DNA of 64,000 nt from NCBI GenBank assembly GCA_032718475.1, contig JAUCBJ010008799.1, positions 1-64,000 on the forward strand. The letters are read 5' to 3'. Position numbers and translations under genes: made by a program. The notes beneath the pieces were generated by a model that was given only the letters and a program-made list of their open reading frames with translations, searched no databases and had not been told where the DNA came from. Every line of letters begins with the position of its first letter. The stretch's first letter is position 1. This document shows positions 52,104-64,000 of the stretch, one piece after another. The stretch is from Nemertoderma westbladi (lineage: Eukaryota > Animalia > Xenacoelomorpha).

Positions 52104-52431
52104 ATCACAAAAAACAGTAAGACTGAACACTCCTAGCACGATCTGCCAAATATCTCCACATCGACAGAAAAAATCGCTCTGATTGGCTGTTAAGCTAAAC
52201 AAAGAACCATGTGTCCAATGGCCGTTTCCATGTCAGCAACCAGCTGTTAGATGTCGTAATCTGAATCATCAAGGCTAAGCTGTGCCAGGGTATTTGACGC
52301 ATTGCGGGTTTTTTGCCTTACCATGTCCGCCAAAGCACACATACAGAAGAATGACTTTTATGTCCGTTAAAACACCTATAACGGTACCTTGCGGGCGAGG
52401 GGGACTGATTATATCCGCAAAAGCTTTTACA
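52104..52431 (-). repeat. 5' LTR (portion shared with the 3' LTR; true inner boundary not resolved)
   Basis: Direct repeat of 34897-35224; no canonical PBS recognised. Confidence 0.85.
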
Positions 52432-52979
52432 CGATGCTTTCCCGACTCTCAACGTTTAGTCTTACCTTTTCCTTCTTTGTCGGTGGGCTCTATTTCAACA
52501 TGAATCGGTCTCGGGGGCCGATGACTTGGTAGGACAGGGACTCTCTCTTGGGGCATTTTGAGCTTGCAAGAAGATTTATCGCCACGCGACGCCTGAGGGT
52601 GAGAAGGTACTTGAACGAAGTAAAACAACTAACCTCATGTGGGTGCGGTGAAGATTTTATTCGAAAGCTGGATGGAATGAATTTCATGGAACCGAATACA
52701 TAACCTGTTCTATTGAGTTTAGTTTATTGTTTTGTTAGAATAAAGTGCCACTGCACTGTAACCTGCTCCTTTCCATAAATTGAAAATTTAACATTGAGGC
52801 GCGATATTAATTTGCCGAGATGAGATTTGCATCCTGCCCCCCCCCCCCCCCCCCCACCCTGTCTCTAAAAATTAAAAGCCACCCAAATACCCAATAAATT
52901 GGGCAAGACCCAATAAATATTGGGTCTTGCCCAATATTGAATTACATAAATACACACATACAGTATTACAAAGGCTCAC

Positions 52980-53162
52980 CTTGCCATTGCTGTGGACGTA
53001 TTTAAGAAATTTGTTGAACTGGCAATCTGCAGTTAAATTGTCTGGAAGGGGTCTAAAGAAATCATCGCCCCTAATTCTCCTGTATGATTGAATTCTTAGA
53101 AACGGGAAAATGAAGAAATAGAACCAAGGCAAAAAAGGATTGGTGTTAAAATAAGTATTCAT
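52980..53162 (-). CDS. ABCC4: ABCC4-like transporter, coding exon 1 (N-terminal lasso motif)
   Basis: MNTYFNTNPFLPWFYFFIFPFLRIQSYRRIRGDDFFRPLPD resembles the MRP4 N-terminus ([23 protein letters not shown]). Ends AAG/gtgagc in phase 0, matching the acceptor at 34578. Confidence 0.75.
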
Positions 53163-54199
53163 TGTTCCGAGTTCTGATAGATACAATGGTTTAATAGAAA
53201 ACGTAGTTAATGTACCACAAAGTCCTATCTACCGCGGTGTCCGCTCACACTACGAATGCTGGACACTGAAATTAAACTAAAATGTCGGTTTCAGTTTGCT
53301 ACCTAATTCGGCTACAGTTACCATATGATACACATAATGTTAAGTTGTGTGTGGATTTCAGTTGATTACATACAATATAATTTTATACAATACTGAACAA
53401 CAGTATACGGTATCATTGTTGTATTAATATTGTTCTATCACTCTTAGACAATAGTTAGTATTACAACTGTACGAATAGTTGATGTAAGCGGATAGTACAG
53501 AGAATACACGGAATGTACAACCCATATTGGCCGTAGGACTATTTATGTACTACAGTATCAATAAGATGGAATAGAGTATCTAAAAACGACTTGAAAATAG
53601 TGTAGCAACGTGTTAATGTTTCGAATAAAATGCATCACAAACAATTAGATTTTGTGTTTAAAAGTATAAAACTGATTTGAATTGATTTTATTTATCTATC
53701 AGTAGTGATACCACATCACATATGTTGATGTAATAATTATATTCAATTACAGCATTTACTAATGTATTATTGTAATACAAAAGACATAGTTTAAGGATAA
53801 TAATACTGCAGATCATTGATTTACATAGGCCTACAATTTGCATAACATAAAAGTTGTAAAATGTAAATTTATATTCAATAGATGGAGAACAAAGCTATCT
53901 CAACGAGAACATCAAAAAATATTTTTTGATTATCTATTTATTTAATTTATTCTAAACTTACATACCCTTTGTACACGTTCGTGGGGGCCTTCACGCAACC
54001 CGATACTCAGTTATGAAACAAATTAGAATTGGGTCATTCTATCAGAAAATTGATTTAAGTAATTTAACCAAACCTCAAATAAATCAAAGGAGAGGGGACA
54101 GTTCTTCCCCTTCAACCCGGCTTTTAATCTGTACCCATAGCCTACTATATTACATTATTATTATCATCATCATCATCATCATTATTATTATTATTATTA

Positions 54200-55020
54200 T
54201 TCCAGCAGATCCACCGTCTGTGTGGCCAAACATCGCTCCAAGTTGTACGCCCACGCCCACCCACGCTAACAACTGTCCCCGCAACCGTAAACTCGTTGCA
54301 TCTATGCGATCATTACAGCCGGACGAGTTACCCCAGTTTCTGCAGGGGGATATTGTGACTTATGCATTAATTCGCTGAACAGCTGCTGATAAACTTAACT
54401 GTTTCCAAAATCTTATCGTCTATGAGTGCAATGATGCTGATGGATGTAATGGGAACAAAATGACGACTATATTGCAATCATCTGAACTTATCGGTTCGAC
54501 GCCAAAATTTATGATGAAGATAAAGACATCGCTGCAGTTCGAATGCTACAGTTATGGAGTCAGAATATCAGTTCCATTATGTGTTACTAATCGTATTATT
54601 CTTGCTTCGCGGTGGTCAATTATTGAAAATATTATTAGGTATAGGTACCTTTCTAACTGTGAGGCTTCTCACAAAGTCGAGATTCTACACGAACATTTGA
54701 CGTGTATGGCTCCAGTTTCTGTGGGAGATAAGCGCTGGGATCCTGAAACATTGGTTCAGCTTTCGAGTATTATGCCACTAGCCGTTGCTTATACCGTAAA
54801 CTTAGAGAAGATTTTAAACTGCCAGGAGTGCGAACTTTACAACAAATCACATCTTCCGTCTCACATGCTGATGACTCATGTTTTTATTTAGCGTTTTTAA
54901 CAAACTTCCAATCGAGCAACGTCGTTGTATAATTCTTCTCGATGAAATTTATGTTAAAGCTGCATTGAGATATGTAGGTGGAGAACTATTTGGAGAGGCT
55001 GCTAATTCCCCAGGACAATG
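54200..55020 (+). mobile_element. P-element/THAP9-like transposase remnant (N-terminal half)
   Basis: In frames other than the track ORF: AFEYYATSRCLYRKLREDFKLPGVRTL (about 54760-54840) and RCIILLDEIYVKAALRYVGGELFGEAAN (about 54920-55005), typical of the P-transposase YxxLR-LP-RTL motif and first catalytic Asp. Confidence 0.65.
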
Positions 55021-55023
55021 ATA

Positions 55024-55342
55024 TGCTAATGATATGTTTTTCAATTAAAGCAATCAAGTTGTGCTAATGATATGTTTTTCAATTAAAGCAATCAAGTTGT
55101 GCTAATGATATGTTTTTCAATTAAAGCAATCAAGTTGTGCTAATGATATGTTTTTCAATTAAAGCAATCAAGTTGTGCTAATGATATGTTTTTCAATTAA
55201 AGCAATCAAGTTGTGCTAATGATATGTTTTTCAATAAAAGCAATCAAGTTGTGCTAATGATGTTTTTCAATTAAAGCAATCAAGTTGTGCTAATGATATG
55301 TTTTTCAATAAAAGCAATCAAGTTGTGCTAATGATATGTTTT
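55024..55342. repeat. 38-bp minisatellite, about 8 copies
   Basis: tgctaatgatatgtttttcaattaaagcaatcaagttg in tandem, nearly identical units. Confidence 0.92.
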
Positions 55343-56104
55343 ATTTATTGCCATACAGTAAAGTTAATTACGTTAAGTGTGAAGTTATCAGGCTATTAGT
55401 CGAGTCAATCTAGCAAAAAACCCATAAGTATTTCGCAATCAATCCGAACCACACATTTTCGATTCTATATTACCTTAGTAATGACCAAAAAAAAGTCAAT
55501 AAAATTTTATTTTGCGGATCATATGTTTATTCATGGAAATTCTGCGTAAATTTGCACATAAGACAAGCCAAACAAAAGGAACAGTAGGGAAAAGTAAGTA
55601 GCAAATGGTGATGTTCCAGAATAATTTAATTAATTTCACAATAAGCTGTGATTAAATGGGAAATTAGTAATATTTACACAGGCGTGTTACACATTAATTG
55701 CTATATCTCGGAAACTAGAAGTCGCATCGAATTTTTAAATATATCAAAAATTTCACGATATATTAAGCTAACTGTTGTAAAAAAATTATACAATTCCACT
55801 GCAAGACCAATAAGACCAATTTCAATTAATTATAATGCAGCAGATTAACAGACAAACTGTAATCAATGACATAAAGTTTAATTAAAGTTTCATAACGTAT
55901 GCAATGCATGCATCCTACGGAAGACGTATTTAGTGCATAGTTATCAGGTTTTGTGATGATGACACCACCACTAATAGTTATAGGTAGGTTATTACAGGTC
56001 GGCCGCCAAGTCAGAATCGTACCTGCACGTTGGCACGGCCTGTAATATAGTAGGCTATGTCTGTACCCCAACACAAAAGCGCATGGATTCCAGTCCATAA
56101 GATC

Positions 56105-56718
56105 AATGACAGGTATTGACAGAGAATTGGTTTTTTAAAATTAATATATTTTAGTCGTGGCATCGGCCCAAATTGTAATTAATATCAAAACTTACCTTAT
56201 GCCGATATAGTGATGTTACTAAAACATTAAATTACATTAATTTACCATGTCAATGCCTCAACGACATAATATAGCAAATTCTAAAGGCTCCCCACTAAAC
56301 ACAAGCGAAATTAATTTCAAAATAATACAATCTTTGAAAAATTTATACAATACCCAAGGCAATATTTTTGCGAACTAAACTATTTTGAATCTTTTCCTAC
56401 GATTGAATAATCAAGCTGACATCAGTCTGACACCTCTCGGTTCACTTAGAAAATTCTGTTTTTTATATTGCAATGAACATAATTAACGAATTAACTGCCT
56501 TTATCTTAGCTTTTCGAAGGCCATACGTAAATGTTACTTGGAAAATTTCTAAACTTTTGCCAGACTACATATGTTATCTGAATCTGGTTAGATTTCATCG
56601 AGGATTGGTCTAGTTAACGTTTAACTATTAGGATCTCCAGATCGACTGACACACAGGTTGTGATTGTGGTGCCCGTATGCTAAGTTTGCATTATATCGCG
56701 GCTCGCCCCACTGTAGCA
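56105..56718 (-). repeat. Internally shortened copy of the HINE-like repeat
   Basis: The reverse complement matches both 16269-16600 (head) and 17410-17610 (catggtaaattaa...cataaggtaagtt...taaaatatatta). Confidence 0.6.
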
Positions 56719-57699
56719 TTGTTATTCGGTATCATAGATTGTAGAGAAGGTCAATCCGATTAGAACAACTTGAAGGTTCGCGAATAATTTATCTGCGGTT
56801 CGGGTTATTTCGATATTAATTAGCACCTTTTTATAGATTGCATTATATTATTCGAAGTAGAAAATTAACATGCTGGTCTTCATTTCTATACGTACTGTGT
56901 ATTGCGTATAGACCCCATACATACATCTTTTTTATATTTCGAAAAATAGCCCCACACCACGAAAATTGCCATAGACTCAATGATATAAATACCAGCTGGT
57001 GCACATGAGGGCCTAGTAATGCTACTACTATTGAATGGATAGGCCCAAACTGCAGAGAAATATATTACTTGTCAAGTTTATTATTACTCACTCATTCTAT
57101 CCCCGACAGTAAGCAAACATCAACTGTTAGCTTGTAATGTATTACACCGTCAACTGAATATTCTGTTATATTTTATTATTGATTCTCAGTGAATCCTATG
57201 GGAATATCTATAAGGTTACTACTCACTGCTATGTTATGTGGGAGGCCAGCTGATTGGTTTTTAAGCACTGGGCCGTTCAAATGTTTTATAGGTTGGTAAT
57301 AATGAGGATATGCATGTGCCTACATAGCCTGCATGATTCGAGTCTGCTTATAATTTTCAGTCAACCGATTCCTCATTGGGTAATTCTATCCACCTCAATC
57401 TCAGAAATCCATTATCAGCCGGCAGTATCCTGCCCTGCAGTAGTTTGTGTGAATAATAAGAGATGCTTCAGGTTAGGACGTTAGGTAGGCCTACTACTAC
57501 CTTTCACCTTTTGATGGTGATCGCCTAAGTTTGCTTAGTTTCTTGGCTCACCCCACAACCACATACATTGATTAGATTTCTTGTGTTTTCTTTACTTATC
57601 AAAGCAATTTCCTTGGTAAAATAGAAAAACAGCTCGAGTTGCGCACCCTGCGAAGTGGTGCAAATATAAAATAGACGAGTATGCCTACTAGTATCCTAT

Positions 57700-57890
57700 A
57701 CTACTACTACTACTACTATTACTATCGGCATGTTGCATTGCAGCCGCATTGTATATACAATATTATTATTATATTATTTTATTATTATTATATTATATTA
57801 TTATTATTATTATTATTATATTATTATATATTATGGCATTACTTATATTTTAAGAATGCTCAACCCCCTTGTCGACAAAATTGCGGCAAA
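57700..57890 (-). repeat. RTE 3' tail remnant with (TAC)n/(TAT)n expansion
   Basis: cggcatgttgcattgcagc and ttaagaatgc...ttgtcgacaaaattgcg match the RTE 3' end. Confidence 0.6.
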
Positions 57891-58790
57891 ACTATAATGA
57901 TGATGTTTATATTTTAATTAAGGAGTACTTTTTCAGTGGTTTGAAATGTAAAGAAATCGGTAAACCCATAATACACGTTGTGGGGTCTTCGAGCAGCACG
58001 TGTTCAAATGTTCAATGACTGAGCAGCAACTAATTAACATATTTATGAGAGATTCATTGACCAGCTACAGACTGATCAATATTGTAACATATATTTTAGT
58101 TTAATGTTTGATTCAATTAAAGGCACAAATTAAAAAGGCTACAAATATATAGGGGTGAATAATTAAATTAATCACCCATTAAAAGGTAGCCAAATATAAG
58201 TTGCAATCTATATAAATTTTTAAATTTAGTAGTGTGTGTGTGTTGTGTATTGATTCTGTAAATTTCATGTTGAAATAGCATTCATTAATTTAATTTCTAT
58301 TTAATTATTCAGGCATACTAATACCCACTTTAAATTAGTTCGTGTGTGTTAAGTGTGTAAGATTTGATTGTTTCGGCACGAACCCATTAGGGCACAGAAA
58401 TTGACGGATTCTTCTCGAATTTCGCAAACGTCGCGAATTTCGCAAACGTCGCGAATTTCGCAAACGTCGCAAACTTCGGGAATTTTTTCTACAATTTTGA
58501 CTCCTTAAGCAAAAGGGTCCAGAATGAGTTTTTTAACCTTTATTTTTTTGTGATTTTGAGTGCTTTTTTATATTATTAGTAAATGTTCTAGAACCTTAGT
58601 AGATTTTTTATGGTATAATGCTAGTATTTTTTACTAGCTAGTAATTTTTGGAAATTATTTTGGTCATTAATATATTCTTCAACAGTTTAACCTGTCTCAG
58701 TGTCGAGTCAGCTCATTAGACTTTTTTTAAATTATAAATATCAATAATATTAATTAAATATCATGTTGCGAGTTATTTGATTTGTGATAG

Positions 58791-58961
58791 TTCTCCACGC
58801 AGCTGCGACTTTGGGGTGGGATTGTCACCAACCGTCCTTCCCCCCAGACGCAGTATCCCAAGCGCCTACCAATGTTTATAGCGGATCGGTTGATTATACG
58901 ATGATGTTCGTCGGAGATCAGGTGTGGAAGATGCGAAGCGATACTGGTGGTGTTTCTCAAG
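58791..58961 (+). CDS. Possible exon encoding a hemopexin-like repeat
   Basis: C...FPPDAVSQ...YTMMFVGDQVWKM...GVSQG resembles the hemopexin consensus (DAA...yfFkGdqyWry...GyP). AG acceptors at 58790 or 58802 and donor caag/gtaacc, phase 1-1. Confidence 0.45.
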
Positions 58962-58984
58962 GTAACCCAATATAAATACTGGGG

Positions 58985-61340
58985 GAAGAAAACGATTACA
59001 TGATGCCATCTACCCAGGGAGGGAGGCTTGAGCTTCTACGGAGCCACATTGCGGCGTTTCCTCGCCACAGACACACTGACAGGCGCTGGAATAGATGCCT
59101 GACGGCTTCTTTGGCAGGGATACTGCGACGGAGACTCTGCAGACGCCCAATCTCGGAGATGATTGAGGTGGAGTGGGAGTCCCAGGTGAAGCCCACGCCT
59201 GAGGATCGGCACTCATCGAGGTGGGCGGCTAGCTTACGTTCACGTGCAACGGTAAGGGCATAGCCTGGGGTGGACGCAGCGCAGTTAATGGTTCTAGATT
59301 GAAGCGTTGAGATCACCGTTACGTCCAGGGCCATGGGCTGTCCCCGTCTCCAGTTGTGGAGGAAGATATCCACCGGTCTGCTGCGGGAGCTAGGAATCAA
59401 CCCAGGGACTTCTTTCCGGGGCGCCAGAGCAGCAGATTGTGCAGCTTGGAAAATGGCATCCCGGAGGGAGTAGTGGCGAGCGATCCTGTCTGAGTCCCCA
59501 CCACAGCCAACGTGATGGTCCCCAAATGGGTCAGCAGGGAGGGAGCAAGAGGCACAGGGAGCCGAGCTAGAGGATAGTCGGACGCCTAACCAGTAACACA
59601 AGGAGAGTCTGTGCTCAGCGTCCAGGAAATGTAGACCAAGGGACTCAGAAGGAATGGCTGTAACCAGTCACCAGCATGGCCAAGAGAAGTGGATTGTACA
59701 AGGGCTCGGGATCTGTTGTCGGGGGCAGAGGACAGGAGCCGTTCGTAGGAGGAGATGTCAACTGAGTGGGATAGATTGCGTTGGGTGATGGGTGTTGGAA
59801 GGTCTTCCAAGGAGGTCCAATCTGGTTTATCGGCGTTCTCGGATAAGGAGGCTAGTGCAGAGGGGAGGTGGCGGTTACCTGGGGAGTGGCCTAGGATTCT
59901 AGTGACCAGGGTTTCTGACTGGGAGACAGAAGCAATGTATGCAGCCGGGGAATGGTTTATGGCTTTTCTAAGGCCCAGACCACCCATCGAGACAGGAAGG
60001 AAAGCTTTGTTGTACGACCAATCACTTAGGGAGCCCCCAACCAGATCAGAGATGGTATCCCACATGACAAGATCGAACTGTAGTGAGGATTCCTGAATCA
60101 TGGAGGGGGGACAGCAGCGGAGGGCAAAGACTACTTTGGGTAAAGAAAGGCATGATCAAAGGAGGGTAGATTCCATCTGGGAATCCTGAAGGTCAGGAAG
60201 GCGTTCAGTGATGGAGCGGACTTTGGCTACTCTTAGCATAATGGTCTCCTCGCAGTGTTGAGAGGATCCAATCGGGGAGCCAAGTAGGGTTAGACTGTTG
60301 GAGAGGATGGGAATGGAGGGTGGTAGTGGATTCGATTGAACTGAGGAGCCAGCGTGGATGAAGACTTGGGATTTGGCATTGTTGAGTTTAAGGTGTCTCA
60401 AGGGGCCTTCCTGTTCTAATATGGCTAAGGCTTTTGACAAGTCGTCTGGGGAACCAACCAGTGAACCATCATCTAAATACCATGCATTAATTATAAGAGA
60501 AGGGACGTTGGCCCGAATAGTCTTGGCCACTGGGTGTAAAGTTATGGCGAAAAGGAGGGGGCCCAAAGGATCACCTTGTTGGACGCCGGAGCAGCTGAAG
60601 ATTTGTTGGTCACCAAGCCAGAGTACAGCCTGGATACCGTAACATGCCTCCACCCATGCGGAAAGAGAGGGCAAGTGTTCCCTGACTTCAGCAAACATTT
60701 GTGAGCGGTCGATGGAATTAAAAGCGTTGCTGAAGTCGACAAGAAGAACCCACTTGCTGTCTGCTGGGATGGAGTGGTCTTCGAGGGTAGAGGAGACGGC
60801 TCGGACTATGGCCTCGCAGCCAATGGGGCTACCGACACCAACCTGGAGGGGGGTGAGGATGTTGGAAGCGTTCTGGTTAACAGTGGCTGCATGACATTTG
60901 GAGATTAGCCTCCTCAAGGTTTCCCCCACGGCGATGGGATGGAGACCACCACCTTTCTTCTTGCAGGGAATAGGGAGGCGCCACAGAGGTATGGGAGGAC
61001 CGAGGACGGGACCTGACCTGAGGACATACGGTTTGTAATGGCACAATTAGCAGCAAGGGCCTGGTTGGCCTTGGCTGGCGATGGGGATGATATTGCTTCT
61101 TTCAGATGGTTGGGGCGGAGCTTTGAAGGGCCAGGGGCTGAGCCAGGGGGAAAAGACTTGATAGCCTTGGCAATGTCCTCTGGGCGGAAGGAGGCTGGTG
61201 GGGGTACTGGGCCAGTCGGAAGAAGAGGGGGGGGGGGGGGCCCTTGGGGGTGCTTCCCGAGCATGTCCTGGTATGTTTCTTCGGAGGCCTGTGTAAGTCC
61301 CTCAGAAACAAGGGCCTGTGCTGCCTTACGGTACATCCGC
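58985..61340 (-). mobile_element. 5'-truncated, frameshifted CRE-like non-LTR retrotransposon (RT plus RLE)
   Basis: GSAPGPSKLRPNHL, PIAVGETLRRL, VDFSNAFNSI, GVQQGDPLGPLLF, WYLDDG, GGLGL, CASC...HHVGC, RHYSLRD, RPVDI, LDVTV and ERKLAAH. Confidence 0.85.
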
Positions 61341-61348
61341 CGGCGCAT

Positions 61349-64000
61349 GCCGGCGCATCCGTCGTCTACGTAGAAGCATCGTCGGATGGTCTCTATGACT
61401 GTCGGAGGAAACTCGTTTTCACACATAGCCGCTGTTTTCTTCAGCATGTCACTACATGCCACCAGCGAGTCCTTAGCGCCGAATATCCTAACATTCATGC
61501 GCATTACGTCCACATCCTTCAAAGTGAGTTGACTTATCTCCTGCGGAGTTAATGTTTTATCTGTCCATAATATACATAGACAATCTGAGTCTCTTGGTAG
61601 CGTTCGGACCTGGTGAAACATCGCTTTGATGTCGCATGTGAATGCTATCCGGTTTTCCCTGAACCTCACGCCCTAATCAACACGCCGATAAGTGTACTGT
61701 AGATGTTGGGCCCTGTATAAAGTTGACTGTTCAGGGATTCGCCCTGATACATAGCCACAGCATCATTCACTACCCGGATTTTACCACCTTTCCGGGCTTC
61801 TACCACATAGTGGGTTGGGAGATAATACGTTCGTCTACCCCCTTGCAGTTCATTCCGGGGTACCATTTCCACCAATCCATCTTCTAGATATCCTCTTATT
61901 ACATTATTGTATTTCTCCTTTATCTCGGGTAGGTCGTTTAACCGGCGTAGGATCCCTTTAAGCCTCCTAAGGGCCATGCTGGCATTATTCGCCATCGGTC
62001 TATCTGGGTCTTTCCACAGCATGGGCGAACACCAATGTCCGTCTTTGAACGTGGCCTGATCAAGGACGTCAATACAATATTGATCTTCCTCAGACGGGTT
62101 CTTGTCCTTTTAGCAAACTCTTGGGTCTCTAAGTTAAAGTACTTGGTCATTTCTTGCTGGGTTTTTTCAGTCTCTAGGAATAAATCCTCGTCCAGGTCCA
62201 TTGCTGAACAATAACCCATGGATGTTGCATTCTCTTTAATCTGACATTTAGGAAGATATGTATAGGTGTCTGTAGTCTCCTCTTTGTGTATTCAGCTGAT
62301 TGTCAGAACTGCACTCGGAGATCGGTGTGTACCAGGGCGTTCTTGATCGTCAGTTTGACCGTCTCGTAACCCTTCATAACTCCTTCCATCTTGAGTTGCA
62401 CCTCCCCGGACTCTACTTCTCTATGGTCGGTGATAGTTTGTATGGGCCGTTTGCAAGGTTCGTATTCTAGGCCTAGTTGTTTGAGGAAATCCCGGTCGAT
62501 GATGGTTCCGTCCGACCCGTTGTCAAGGAACGCGAGCGTTGTCAAGGATTTCCCGACCCCTTGAATTCTTACTGGAATTACTTTGGCAAAGACCATGTAA
62601 CGGTGGTTTATAAGGTTGATCGTAGCCGAGATATTTCTCACATGTGATACATCGGTAGCGGTTTTAAACGGATTGGTTTCCCTCCGTTGAATCGTCCGGG
62701 TACCCTTAGAGATGTGATTCGTTTCTCCTCTCCTTTTGGATTCGATCCAGAACGGTAGGGTGGAAAAGTCGAAGTTCGCAGGGATGTGGAGGAGTGTGTG
62801 ATGGCGTAGGTCATTACAGACCGCGCAGCATGATGAGCAATCCCGAACATAGTGACCTGTTCCGAGACAACGGAAGCATCCTCGGTGTTTCATTATCGCC
62901 TCGAAGCGTTGAACGAGTTCGGCGAACTGGAACTTTCTGCAGAATTCCACCATGTGTTTCTCTCCACAGAAAAGACATAGAAGGGAGGTTGTGGTGCCTT
63001 CCCTTTCGGGTGCCCAATTCGCTAGATAACACGCCCATTCCTCGGCTGATGTCGGTTCCTCGTAGGCCTCATCGTCGGAATCCTCAGCCATAGTGGTGGC
63101 CATTGTACTCACTGGAGGGGGACGATCGGTTTTGGAGTGGGTGCCCTGCTACTGGAGTTGTTCTCTACCCCGTCTAACTTGGAGAGACTTTGTTTTTGTG
63201 AACAAGAATCGCTTGGGCCTCGGCACTTCGTTTACGCATTTCGGCCTTTGTTTTCATGTCTCGGCCTGTTGTTCGGCCTCTATTTTACGCATTTCGGCCT
63301 CTTGTTTTCATGTCTCGGCCTGTTGTTCAGCCTCTATTTTACGCATTTCGGCCTCTTGTTTTCGTGTCTCGGCCTGTTGTTCGGCCTCTATTTTACACAT
63401 TTCGGCCTCTTGTTTTCGTGTCTTGGCCTGTTGTTCGGCCTCTATTTTACGCATTTCGGCCTCCTGTTTATGTCTCTCCTCAGCTAATACATCCTGTTCA
63501 ATCTGTAGTTGGACGTATTCGTCTTCCATTCGGGCTTTAAGGGCCAGTGCCCTCTGTTCTCGTAGCTGATCTCGTAGTGGTTGACCCCCAAGAGAACTGT
63601 GCGCTGAACCAGATATCTCGCTCCTAGCGCTGGAGTGCTGGTGCCTCGAGGACCCAGTTCTTTTTCGCTGAACCATGGTCCTGGTTCCAGAGGTCCGTAC
63701 CGATTCTGCGTCCGCCCTTTCGGTTTATTTATAATACTGTTCTTCGTAGCCTCTTACGAGGCTGAGGGTCCTCCGATGTTGTTTGGGGAACTCGTCCAAA
63801 TGTGCGACGTGTTCTTCGAGTCTGGGGTAGTTTCCCAGATCGGTGGCGGGGATGAGTTCTTGATATGCCTGTATCATCCTCTCATATCGTTGTAAGATAC
63901 TTCGGATATTCTGTAATTGAGTCTGTATATCGCTGAGTGGGGTCTCGGCTCCTTTTAGTTGTTTCTCGATGTGATGATATGCTCGAGTCACCCCGCCTTT
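61349..64000 (-). mobile_element. Third BEL/Pao element fragment (gag, protease, RT up to YVDD), degenerate
   Basis: Coiled-coil 18-aa repeats (KQEAEMRKIEAEQQAETR), three knuckles (CLFCGEKH, CFRCLGTGH, CAVCNDLRHH), FLDNGSDGT, KIRVVNDA, CDIKAMFHQV and FYVDDG. Runs off the window end. Confidence 0.88.

Larger units (their letters stand above)
34897..52431 (-). mobile_element. 17.5-kb BEL/Pao LTR retrotransposon with an extra third ORF
   Basis: 328-bp direct repeats at 34897-35224 and 52104-52431 (one mismatch seen), starting TGTAAAAG on minus. Purine tract GGGAGCGG at 35225-35232. Domain order gag-PR-RT-RH-IN with BEL motifs. Confidence 0.95.

Noticed and set aside
55024-55342. CRISPR-like array (also 50988-51174 and 25131-25245)
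   Set aside because: Units are head-to-tail with no unique spacers, there are no cas genes, and the context is eukaryotic.
57681-57917. Poly-Tyr/Ile/Leu ORF (also 54013-54378)
   Set aside because: Translation of (TAC)n/(TAT)n/(CAT)n microsatellites.
63093-63569. Plus-strand repetitive Cys-rich ORFs (and similar antisense ORFs over other elements)
   Set aside because: Antisense shadows of gag coiled-coil repeats and pol sequence.

Overview
Repeat-dense eukaryotic (metazoan-like) genomic DNA, not prokaryotic. Host genes: an ABCC4/MRP4-like transporter on the minus strand that I reconstruct as two coding exons (53162-52980 and 34578-30937, about 1274 aa), an intronless Ly6/uPAR-like surface-protein ORF (24420-25121) and a possible hemopexin-repeat exon. 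The 18.4-kb ABCC intron is almost filled by a 17.5-kb BEL/Pao LTR retrotransposon (34897-52431). Between pol and the 3' LTR, where env would sit, this element carries a third ORF of about 1416 codons. The ORF encodes a DEDDy (WRN/EXD/Mut-7-like) 3'-5' exonuclease domain, a cluster of zinc knuckles and a basic C-terminus, and is preceded by structured non-coding RNA elements; this is the best candidate for an undescribed system. Other elements: a sister BEL 5' end, a gag-only LTR element with a 5-bp TSD, partly divergent LTRs and a possible self-priming site, two CRE-like RLE non-LTR elements, an internally deleted Gypsy with 89-bp LTRs, RTE fragments, a Harbinger MITE, a P-type transposase remnant, HINE-like repeats and minisatellites. 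All family assignments come from motif recognition by eye, not database searches.
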